This document shows positions 10,201 through 20,000 of a DNA stretch of 20,000 nt, one piece after another. Both the position numbers and the translations under genes were made by a program. The notes under the pieces were generated by a model. It saw only the letters and a list, made by a program, of their open reading frames with translations. It made no database searches and was not told where the DNA came from. This DNA comes from Balamuthia mandrillaris (taxonomy: Eukaryota), in NCBI GenBank assembly GCA_031835245.2, contig JAVKOQ020000044.1, positions 237,848-257,847 on the forward strand. The letters are read 5' to 3'. The first letter of the stretch is position 1; each line of letters opens with the position of its first letter.

Positions 10201-13200
10201 GCCAGTTCGGAGGGACGGATGGTGAGGTCCACGCTGCGAGAGCTGACAGGGTTCTTGTGGGAGATGGGAAGGAAGCGATGACGAGCTTTCTCGACGACGG
10301 TCAACACCTTGGCGTCAATCACATCTCCTATCTTGTACTTTTCGAATGGATGCGTTGCTCCATCCACGTTATCAACTACCTCCGTAACGTGAATGCGACC
10401 TTTTGTGTAAAAAAAATAGATAGTGTGAGAAGCAGAACAAGAGCAAAAAGCAAGGAAGGAAAAGGAGAAAAAAAGAAAAACCTCGGATGTGAAGACCAAG
10501 GGACACATTCATCTGAGATTCAAGAATGTCGACAATCTTGCATTTGACTCCCATGCCAGGCTTCAACTCGGAAATAGAGGTTATATCGGCGTTGGCATTG
10601 TAAAGATCCGCTGTCTTCTTTTCCTTTTTCTACAGTTTGACGGATTTAAATATGGAACAATAAGAATTGGTATAACAGCTTCAGTACCTCTTGTTCCAAA
10701 AGCAAAAGCAAGCGTTGATCTTTCTCAGCGCTCGGGAGATGTTGTATGGTAGCTTTGCATCGCTGACCAATGCGGTAGGTGTTGAATGGATCCAAATGTT
10801 GGCTGTTAAGATCTTTTGTAGGAGCAAATCCCAACACACGAGTTTGTCTACTGGTGGCTGTAGCTTTGGTTGCTTCAGCGTCATCATCTTCTTTCTGGCT
10901 CTTCTTTTGGTTTCCTTGTTCAGGATTGAAGGAAAGCACCAAGTAGTTGCCTTTGACAAGCTCCACTTGACAATCCACAAGTTGTCCTTCACGAAGGCCA
11001 TCATAAGGGTTCTTCGGTTGCTGTTGGGCATCCGTCTGCTTCTTATTCTTTTTCTGCTTCTTCTTGGATTTCTTACCGCCATTTTCTTGCTGGCAGGATG
11101 GCTGTTGCTGTTCCGGTTGCATGACAAACTCTGGGCGAAGGGACAAATCCACAATACGTCCATTCTTGTCCACGTCCAACACGCGCCCTTTGATCACATG
11201 CCCTTCTTTAGGCTCTGCTCCCTGTTTATTTATTGTTAGTTATTTTTAGAATAGAGAGATAAAAGAAAGCGAGGAAGAGCCAAACCTTAGTTTGGTCCAA
11301 GACAGCGAATCCAGTGACAGATCCTCCTTCCAAGGAGAGAACAGCGCCATAATCTTTCACGATTTTAACCTCAGCATCGAGGCAGGAGCCGATGGTGTGA
11401 CGTGCCCATATCTGTTCGTCCTCGTCTTTGCTCTGAGAAGAGGTGGCAAGTTGAGTGCTGCGAGTATGCTGATACAATCTCTCCTGCTCCTCAAAGTAAG
11501 ATTGAAGGAAGGAAGTGTCCTGAGAGGCACACAGAGATTGCTTTAAGCTGAGAGTGAACTTGTCGCTCTCCACTTCCAAGACGTAAGCCTGCACGGATTG
11601 ACCCACCACAAACTTCTCGCTTGGATTGTCCACAAAGCTATCCATCAGATTCTAAATATCAAAAGAGCAAACAGTTCAAAAATAATGAGGCTCCAAGAAC
11701 AAAGGATTATACAAAAAAGAAACAGTACCGTCACAAAGGCTAAGCCAGTAAGACCGTTAAGAAAACCAACAAAGCAGCCAAAGTGAGCCACGTTTCGTAC
11801 GACACCCTTGCAACAACGGTCAGTATGGTCGTTGAAATAAATATTTGAAATAAAACGTACCGAAATCACCATTCCAGGTTTCAATTCAGACAGGGTAGAT
11901 GGCAGCTTCTTGGCCTCCATCGCTCGAATGAGAGAAGGCTTCATGGTAAGAACCTAAAAAACAGGAGTCATCAGTCACTTCTCAATTGTAAGTAGCAAAT
12001 ATTATGCGTACCAAGCGTCGCTGAAAAGCAATTTTTTCAAGGATCAAAAGATTGTCCACTTTTTGACCAACGTGGAAAGTGGCACGAAGAGTCTCCCAAT
12101 GAGCCCTGTGATCAGAGAGATGATAGTTGAAGAGCAGGCCGTCCAGTCCGCCTTCTACCTCAATATTGATGCCTTGCTCAGTGAAGAACTTGACCGTTCC
12201 ACTGACCATTTGGCCGCAGTGAAGTCGGCTGTAGGCATCTTCTTGCTGTGCTGCCGCTGCTGCTGCAGAAGAAAGTAAAGCATTGCTCGATGATGAAGAT
12301 CCGTCCAGGGCGGAAGGTGGTCTCTGTTTCAGCATGTTGCTGTTAGTTTTTGATATTGCAAAAGAGAAGAGAAACGAACAAGAGAGAGCGAGCAGAAAAC
12401 GTACAATGAAAGTCAAGCTCATTTTCTTGCCCTTGGGTTTGCTGTCAAGAACCCAAACCTTGCGGGCCTCTCCTATACGGAACAGTGACATAGGGTCGGC
12501 ATGTCTCTCGGTGGTGAGCTGACCAAGCGGAACCACACCGGTGACCTTGTTGTAAAATGTGACGAAGCAACCATAATTTTGAATGGAGGAGATGTAACCA
12601 TGGCTGGACATACCCGGCGTGACATCCTCGTACGAAAGAATGGGAGGCAGGTCCGAGTTTACAAGAGTGCGTTTGAAGGTGACGATTATCTTGCCCTTCC
12701 CTTTGTTTTGGCCCTTTTTCTTGTCCTTGCTGTTACTGTTGTTGCTGAAGCTGTTGGACAAAACGCGACACTTGACCTTAGTGCCAACCTTGAACCGCTT
12801 TTCAGGCTTCTGCACGGGCGCATCTGCCAGATGCACGTTGGGGCAAATGGCGGTGATGCTGTCAGTGATTGCTACGCTCACATCGCCAGTGTCAGCTTTA
12901 ATCGCTTTGATCACGCACTCGAGAATTTCGCCTGCCGGCACGTCCTTCGCGCGGAAGAAACGTTGCTTGAGGACGGAGGCTTGGGTGTTGGCAATGACTC
13001 GGCCTTCCAAGTAGTTGTGGCCCATCACTCGACAGGCTTGGACTTTGCCGATCTTGAAGTGCTTCTGAAGATTTTCGATGTGGCCATCTGATGCTGAAAC
13101 CTAATGAGAGAGAAGAGAGAGGATTTTTCAGTGGAAAGAACGAAAGAACGAAATAAAGGGAAATACAAACGTTAACAAATGCGGATTGAGCGGGCTCAGT

Positions 13201-13413
13201 GGGAAGCGAGAGCAAAATGCCAACACCCTTGTCCACTCGTTTTACCTTGGCCTCTTCGAAAACGGTGCCAACGCTGCAACCCTGAGGGAAAGAATAGGGC
13301 CTCATAGTTACCAGATGCGGCAAAGTTGTTAGGGCCACTCTCTTCGCTTCAAAGTCCATGTAGAGAATACGTGCAGGAATCTAATAGTATGAAAGCAACA
13401 TCAGAACGTTGTT

Positions 13414-13445
<32 letters not shown>

Positions 13446-15302
13446 AGGGAAGAGAAGGGAAAAGAGAAGCAAACCTTTTGGCCAACTTTCCAGTTGCGAG
13501 AGAGTTTGCTGTGGGAAAAGTTGTGGACATGATATTTGTCCACCGTTCCAAGGAACACGCCCAGGAAGGATAAGCAGAGACCGTTGGAAAGAACCTTCTT
13601 AACAGTAGTCTTGACTCTCATTCCTGCCTTGAGGGAGTTGATGGTTTGCACGTTCTCCTCTTGCAAAGCTAGAGAGGCTGCGGCTTGGGGATCATAGCGA
13701 AGAATGACGGTTTTGTTGCCTCGGTTTACAGAAGAGGCGATGCACTCGACGACTTGTCCAACTTTGAAAGTGACGGGACGAGAACTCTTCTTTTGTTTTT
13801 TCTTGTCGTTCTGTTGAGTCTTGTCACTTCCGTTGTGATTATTTTCGTTGGTGAGGTCAGCAGCAACGACGTTCTTTTTCGGAAGGAAACCAGAGAACTC
13901 AGATGTTTCAAAGGAAACGATGTAGCCATGATCTTCTTCGCTCTTCACACTTCCATACATCACCTTTTGAAGCAGAAAGGAGGAGAGAAGAACAACCACA
14001 AGCAAAGGGTTACTAAAAGAAACAAACAACATGACTGGAGCGAGACAAACCGTATTGTCGTGAATCATAGGCAATGTGATGTCCTTGTTGAACAAACCAG
14101 GACGCAAGGAAAGGGTGACCTGTTTCTTGCCTTCTGGATTAAGAGACAGGATCGTGCATCGTACCAAGTCCCCAACCTTGAAGTAATGCTGTAACTTTGG
14201 GAGTGGCTTGGTCTGGATGATAACACGACTGCAATAAGTTGAATTGAAACAACGAACGAATGAAAGAAACGGCAAGAAAGAAGGAAAGAAACGCAACCTT
14301 GCTCACTTTTTCTTTGGCATTGGTGTCTTTGCCTTCATTCTCGGACTCTTCGTCCTCTTCCTCTTCCAACTCTTGAACGCGTTGGGCCAAGTACTCTGAG
14401 AGCACATCTGAAACCTCAGCAATGGACACAACACCACTTAGGTTGTTGGGCAAGGAAACTACCATCGAGTTGTCCTTGATTCTCTTGATTGCTCCTAGCA
14501 CCGACATTCCTTCTTTTAGGGCCTATATATTGTATTCAAAAAAAAAAACAATGAGCGACAATGAAGGAGAGAGAGGGAGAGGGAGGGAGAGAGAGAGAGA
14601 GAGAGAAGACGAGAAATACACAAAAGCCAGAAGCTTGAGAACATAAACGAAAGAACAGAAAGAGATGAAGAAAGGGGGAAGTAGAGTAATCGGGATGCAC
14701 AGTGGCAGAAGTTCCTGATGACACAGGAGATGATGAAGGAAGAAGAGTAAGCAGGAAGAGCGGGTTAACTCCATCCTTCCTGCCCCTTCTTCGCTTTCTG
14801 CCAACTTTCAAGTGCACTGGAGGACAGGAAAGATAAACAAACAAAACACAACCAGCAAAAAAAGCGGTGTGAAAGTATGTTTTTCTCTCCAACACAAAAG
14901 AAACCAAAATAAACGGAGCAGAAGGACTCTTTCCTTTCCTCTTTTCGCAAGTACTATGCCGCTCATTCTCTCATCACCAACCACACACAAAAAAAATGTG
15001 TGTTGAACGTTCCGAGAGAAGCAGAGAGGGCGAAAGAGATCGAGAAAAAGCAGGAAAGGAGAAGCAAGTCCGACTTTCACTCCTGATTTCTTTCATGCTC
15101 GGTTTTTGTTTTTTGTTGTTTGTAGGAGTTTGTATGAATAAAGACAATAACAGTTCTCGGAAAGAGAGAAAGAAAGCAATCGCTTGGCTTTTGTGAGATG
15201 TGTGCGCAAACAATAGGGGAGAAGAGAGTGGTTGGCACAGTTGATTCTTCCAACAAGAAGTCGAGAGTTACTGGCCAACAGCGCAGTTCAAAAAAAAAAG
15301 AC

Positions 15303-15341
<39 letters not shown>

Positions 15342-15800
15342 AGGGAAGCGTGAAAGAGAGAGTATGTGAGTGAAAAATCAAACCTTGAATCGCAGGGCTT
15401 CGACTTTGTTCGGAATGGAAGAGCCGAACAAGGCAGCCTCTTCATCGACCTCCTCGTCGCTTCCGGCAGCGTCCGCGTCAAGCTTTTTCTTTTTCTTTGC
15501 GGTGCCAGCACCCTCCGTTCGCTTCAACTTTTTCTTTTTGGGCCTCTTGCTGCCCTCCTTGCCATCTTTGCCGCCGCTGATGGCCGCAGAAGAGGAAGAA
15601 GTGAACAAGAAATCAGAGGTAAAGGGCTTTGCTACGGTTTTTTTGGCAGCAGCAGCAGCTCCCTGCTGATGATGCGTTCGCCCGCCGCCGCCGCCACCAC
15701 GAGGAAAAGAAGTTTCCCCGGAGGAAGCGACCGCAGCGGTGGACCCCGAGGGAGTGCCAACGGAATCTCTCTTTCGTTTCTTACCGCTCGCATCGGCCAT
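7212..15800 (-). CDS. RRP5: rRNA biogenesis protein RRP5/PDCD11 (multiple S1 domains plus C-terminal HAT/TPR repeats), ~19 exons
   Basis: N-terminal SFPRGG motif, many S1 repeats (e.g. GYISSIQNYGCFVTF, GFVKRVQSYGIFVRI), and C-terminal DFEKLLLASPNSSYLWIRYMAFQL...EERMNVWVALMNLE...AQLEFKHGSPERGRTIFE..LSNYPKRVDLWSVYLDME. About 18 GT-AG introns were traced by eye; exon 1 is 15800-15384 and exon 2 starts at 14523. Confidence 0.96.
14619..15285 (-). ncRNA. Candidate large structured RNA element nested in RRP5 intron 1 (family unknown)
   Basis: Multiple mutually compatible complementary blocks, listed under findings, lie inside an 860-nt intron. No family motif was recognised. Confidence 0.5.
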
Positions 15801-16593
15801 CGTTGTTGCTTTGCGGAGTAGCGTGTGCTGTTTGTTTATGTTTATTTTTTTTTTTTTTGCCGTTCTGCACTTTTTCTTCATTGTCGACACTTAATGGGGC
15901 ACACAGGACGACCCGGATATATCGGGACGACGTGGCGTTCATGAGAGATCAAATCGAGCACGAGTTGTGAAGCAAACCTTTTAGGTCGTGTCACGTGCTT
16001 TGCTTAAGGGACCTTTTTGTGATACTGGGAGCTTGCAACCTTGGAAAGACGGCAACCCAAAGGCAACGCACGACATTTACCGTAGCCGTTCAATGTCGCC
16101 ATGCTTGGAATTCTGTATCACGTGTTCTTCTTCTTGTTCTTCTTGTTCTTCTTCTTCTTCTTCGCTTCTCTCTGTCATTGCAGGTTACTTTGAGAAGACA
16201 AAATGGTGTACCTGGAAAAAGAGAAGGTTACCCAGTGTGACCGATCAGAATCGGTCGTTGCGACTCATTCTCTATTCTTTTTCCCTGGTTTTCTTCTCTC
16301 AACACCAAAAAGTTACCCCAAAGTCCACGCATCCCGTCGGTTACTTGGGGATTGCACTTCCACCCGCTGTATCTGAACCGAATCTGCCCGGCCCCGAGAT
16401 CACCGGGCATCTAATCATTAACCATATAAACGAACATGTTACACAACAGAAGATTTTCTGGGTCCCTCTAATTTAACGTTAATGGAGCCTCAGGATCCTT
16501 CGCTTCCCTTTCTCTCTCTGTTTGTGTTTAAAAACACATAACTGAAAATATATATACTCTCCAAACCAAGCACACACAGCACACAGACAACAC

Positions 16594-17299
16594 ATGAAGG
16601 ACAGAAGCTGCAGGGATGACGACTGGTCGGCAGAGAAGGAGCCCCAGTCCTGCGACGTGCTGCTCCGCTGCGTCACCTGCGACCCCTCCCGACAGGAGCT
16701 GAAGCAATACCTCGCCGCGCGAGAGGTCCGCTGCAGGGACACCCACCGCGTTACCAGGCAGGAGGAGGCCCTCGTCTTCCGGATCAAGAACTACGTGGTG
16801 GACGAGCTGTTGGAACGTGGGGCTGGAGGACGCGTCTACAAGGCCTACGCCTGTGCTGCCGACGGTCAACGCCTCCAGCCGGAGGAGGAGGTGGCCATCA
16901 AAGTCATCGAGAAAAAGCCAGGCAAAGAGGCCCTCGTGGCCAAAGTCCGTCGAGAGTACACCATCATGTTCGAAGTGGAGCACAAACACGTCTGTCGTTT
17001 GATCGAAGGTTCGCACACCGCATCATAGAAACTGCTCTTTGTCTTTGTTTTTATTTACTGATTTCTTCTTGCACAAAGTTGTGGAAAACCCCAAAAGGAT
17101 CTGCCTTATCATGCCGTTCGCCAAAGGGGGAGACTTGTGCTCGCACATCTTGAGGAGAGGGAAGCTCACCGAGCCCGAAGCCAGAGTCATGTTCCGCCAG
17201 CTGCTAGAAGCCGTCAGACATGTCCACAGGAGAGGCTATTTTCACCGTGATATTAAACCAGAAAATATTTTGGTATGTTCTTCTCACCTACACCTCTCT

Positions 17300-17387
<88 letters not shown>

Positions 17388-17497
17388 CTCATCAAGCTCT
17401 TTTAACGCCGTTTTTATTGGGAAATTCAAGCTGGATGAACACAACAACATTTTGCTGACAGACTTTGGCTTGAGTGACGCATACAGTGCTCTTGGTC

Positions 17498-17584
<87 letters not shown>

Positions 17585-18073
17585 TCTGTTAGCTTCATTG
17601 TTGCTTACGCGTTTTTTTTTTCATTCTCGTTAGCCCCAACTTCCCTTTCTTGTGGAAGTTTGTGTTATGCCGCACCCGAAGTCATCTCTGGAACCCCCTA
17701 CGTAGGCCCAGAGGTGGACATCTGGTCCTGTGGCACCGTCCTCTATGCCATGGTCACTGGCAAGAAGGCCTTTGGCGGGATCACCGAGCTGGAGACCTTT
17801 CGCAAGATCCAAAAGGGCAAGTTCCGACCGGCTCACCACCTCTCCAACAACCTGATGGACCTCTTGCACTGCATGCTGAACCCGGACGCCATGAAGCGGA
17901 TCACCATGGCTGGCATCTTTGAGCATCCGTGGATGGTATCCCGGATCTCTTCGGTGCCTCATCGGCGGTACAGCGCTGAGAGTATCCACTACACTCCGCC
18001 TGCTCGCTTGCTAGAGGCCCACCTTCGTCGGAAAGTGGACCGTAGCTCCCTCTGTGATATTTTTGAAGAGTGA
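16594..18073 (+). CDS. CAMK-group (AMPK/SNF1/MARK-like) Ser/Thr protein kinase; exons 16594-17008, 17079-17272, 17431-17485, 17634-18073 (~367 aa)
   Basis: Motifs VAIKVIEK, HRDIKPENILL, DFGLS, SCGSLCYAAPEVISGTPYVGPEVDIWSCG and KRITMAGIFEHPW. Exons sum to 1104 nt, in frame. Confidence 0.92.
17304..17580 (+). repeat. Two long (CT)n microsatellites in kinase introns 2 and 3 (~17304-17383 and ~17500-17580)
   Basis: Direct reading of the CT dinucleotide runs. Confidence 0.92.
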
Positions 18074-18366
18074 ACGACCGAAACGATGGACCACATGACG
18101 ACGTCGTTGCTCTTTCGCCTAACAGCAAAAGGGGCGCAAACCTCCTTGTATCCTGTTATACGTGTTTTATATTTGTTATTTATTTTGGCGTGTGTATTGT
18201 AGAGCCTTCCCTGGAACATTTTTTAAACAATAAACGTTATTTATTCATTAGCCAAAGTCTTCTCTTCTTTCTCTTTCTCGCCGGGGACGTGCAGCGTCAA
18301 AAGGAAGCACTTCTTTGCGTAAGTTACCAACCACGAAAGCCCTCTTTTGCCTTGGGTGTTGGAGCG

Positions 18367-18394
18367 AAAAAAAAAAAACAAAACAAAACAAAAA
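18367..18394 (-). terminator. Pol III oligo-T terminator directly after the tRNA-like gene
   Basis: The minus strand reads TTTTGTTTTGTTTTG followed by a long T run, starting right after the 3' CCC. Confidence 0.6.
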
Positions 18395-18474
18395 GGGATC
18401 AGGGTGAGACTTGAACTCACAATCCCGCGGCTAATCAATGTGCGGCGCTTTACCTATTAAGCTACCCAGATCCC
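18395..18474 (-). ncRNA. Atypical tRNA-like Pol III gene (or pseudo-tRNA); anticodon not assignable
   Basis: Minus strand: GGGATCTGGG TA GCTT AATAGGTA AAGC G CCGC ACATTGATTAGCC GCGG GATT GTGAG TTCAAGT CTCAC CCTGATCCC. It has A-box and B-box-like motifs and perfect D and T arms, and is followed by T runs. Confidence 0.75.
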
Positions 18475-18527
18475 AATGGCCAAAGACCATCATTTTACGA
18501 TGTGTACCGTAACAATGTGTCATATTA

Positions 18528-18561
18528 GACTTCATGCCAATAGTGACTTCGTGCCAATAGT
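18528..18561. repeat. 17-bp tandem duplication containing CCAAT, upstream of the tRNA-like gene
   Basis: GACTTCATGCCAATAGT followed by GACTTCGTGCCAATAGT (one mismatch). Confidence 0.85.
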
Positions 18562-18978
18562 TTTAACAGCACGACAAGAAAGACTCGGGCAAGGGCAAAG
18601 ACAAAAGAAAAAGTACAAAGAACGATTGAGCGAGAGCTCCTCTCGGAGAGCTCTGCTGAAATTCATCTTCCTCTTCCACCTCCTCGTTTGCCAGTTCTGT
18701 AGCAATGTCCTTCGCACCAACCCGTTGCGCAACTTTGCCGCCGTTAAGAGGAAATATAAGGTTATGAGGAGGAACTTGGCTCGTACGTGTTTCTCCTTCT
18801 CCCTTCTTCTCTCTCCTGCGCTTCTGTTTCATACATTCTTTGCAATCCTTCGGAAGAATGTGAAGAATCCAGAAAATGCTTTGTCTGCAAAAATTAAATA
18901 AGGAAAGTGTAACCCAAAAAAAAACCAAAGAAAGAAAAAAGGGTAGCGATTGAGTAGTGGTGGACTGGTAGTGGTAGG

Positions 18979-19944
18979 ATGGACCGAAAGCAGCGGGTTG
19001 CTGCTAATCTTTTCAACGCGTTTGTTGCTGTTTCGATAGGGCCAGAAGGTAAAAAAAAAATTATTGACTGTCTTCTCTTCCTTTTCTTTTCGATGGGCTA
19101 CAAATATGCCATCTTTTAAAGGATGCTCCTCTTTCTCCTTGCTGATCTTCTCATCTGGGCTGTGTTTGTGATCTCTCTATATCTTTCTTTTCAACTTCTG
19201 CCTCTTTTACGGGAACAACTGCCAGGCCAGACTTCCATCCTCAAAACACTCGGCTCTGACAAAGCGATCCTCAATCATGTGCCTTCGTTCTGCTTTCCAG
19301 AGGCAGAGCTGACCCAACCTCAATACCCACCAAAAAGGTAGAAGATAGAGCCCATTTTTTAAAAAGTTTTCTTCCTTCATTTGTTTCTCACAAACCCTCT
19401 CTCACATAGTGACTCTTTTACCTTCACGTTGACAGACAGTGAAGGCAACAGACAGTTTGGGTTCTGTCGTCGTACTCTGCCTGAATGGGCGTCCAGCCGG
19501 GTTGAACCACAGTGGCCACTTTGTTTCTGCATAATGACTCATTAGTTTGTTCTCCTGCCCTCCTTCTTGTCGTTTTTCTTGTCGTTTCTTTCTTTCGTTC
19601 TTTGTCCTTCATCTTTACTTTTCTTTCCTCGTTATAACCTGTTCAACTATGTGTTATCCTTCAGCGCATGGTTCGAGTTCTTTGCCCAACTGCTGAAACG
19701 CATAGAAAAGGCATTGTACTCAGCAGAGAACCTTGCCCAAGAGGGCGTCCTTCTTTCCGAGCAACAGTGGGATCAGCTGCTCGCTCCTTTTTTGAACAGC
19801 TTGCTGGCGTGTCCGTTACCGAAACCAGGCATGCCCTTTGCTCTTTCCGGCACCTTGCTTTGTAGCAATGATGATAGTTACGATAGCAAAGCCATCAAGC
19901 TCAAGCGGCCCAACGACGCCAAAGGCATTCCCCTTATCAGCAAC
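18979..19944 (+). CDS. DENN-domain protein (Rab GEF, DENND1/2-like), 5' part; exons 18979-19048, 19226-19337, 19410-19544, 19665-19944; continues beyond the window
   Basis: The spliced translation has LFNAFVAVS, VPSFCFP, FTFTLTDSEGNRQFGFCRR, LCFCIMTHYAWFEFFAQLL and PLPKPG, which are uDENN/cDENN hallmarks. Exon phases are consistent. Confidence 0.88.
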
Positions 19945-20000
19945 GTATGTTTTAAATCTTTTTGTTAGCGTTTTTTTCTGTTAACCAACTTTGTCTCTCA

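Noticed and set aside
14715..14740. Hammerhead ribozyme core (CTGATGA on the + strand)
   Set aside because: No correctly placed stem II plus GAAA and no cleavage-site arrangement.
14684..15082. RNase P/MRP RNA in RRP5 intron 1 (GAGUGAAAGUCGG and CCCGAUUACUCU resemble the P4 strands)
   Set aside because: There is no P1 partner for the 3' flank, the CR-V upstream AC is missing, and GUGAAAGU has a better perfect partner at 14869-14876. A cmscan run would still be worthwhile.
14524..15383. U3, C/D snoRNA, snR30/U17, SRP or telomerase RNA identity for the intronic structure
   Set aside because: A box C-like GUGAUGA is present but has no downstream CUGA on the sense strand. The snR30 m1/m2 motifs and terminal ACA were not found. 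The SRP-like AAACGGAGCAG lacks its 5' helix strand, and there is no CCCUAA template.
18395..18474. tRNA-Sec or a true stop-codon suppressor tRNA
   Set aside because: It has no long variable arm, no 6-bp D stem and no UCA anticodon. The TTA reading lacks U33 and a 7-nt loop. Genes in the window end normally at TAA or TGA.

Overview
Gene-dense, intron-rich eukaryotic DNA. It is probably amoebozoan, inferred from the short GT-AG introns with (CT)n tracts and the SRF-type MADS gene; the species cannot be confirmed from sequence alone. Gene order: SRF-type MADS-box factor (-), tandem HMG-box protein (+), RNase H2 subunit A (+), DPH3 (-), histone H4 with an extended N-tail (+), small GNAT acetyltransferase (-), RRP5/PDCD11 with about 19 exons (-), CAMK/AMPK-like kinase (+), a tRNA-like Pol III gene (-), and the 5' part of a DENN-domain gene (+). 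Three signals are not explained by these genes. (1) RRP5 intron 1 is 860 nt, far longer than the other introns, and its sense strand holds a nested set of long helices (~670 nt) plus a cryptic acceptor leading straight to a stop codon. (2) A tRNA-shaped gene has a perfect D/T elbow but non-canonical acceptor and anticodon arms. (3) A frameshifted coding-derived hexapeptide-repeat fragment lies in intergenic DNA. Splice junctions and helices were read by eye, not computed.
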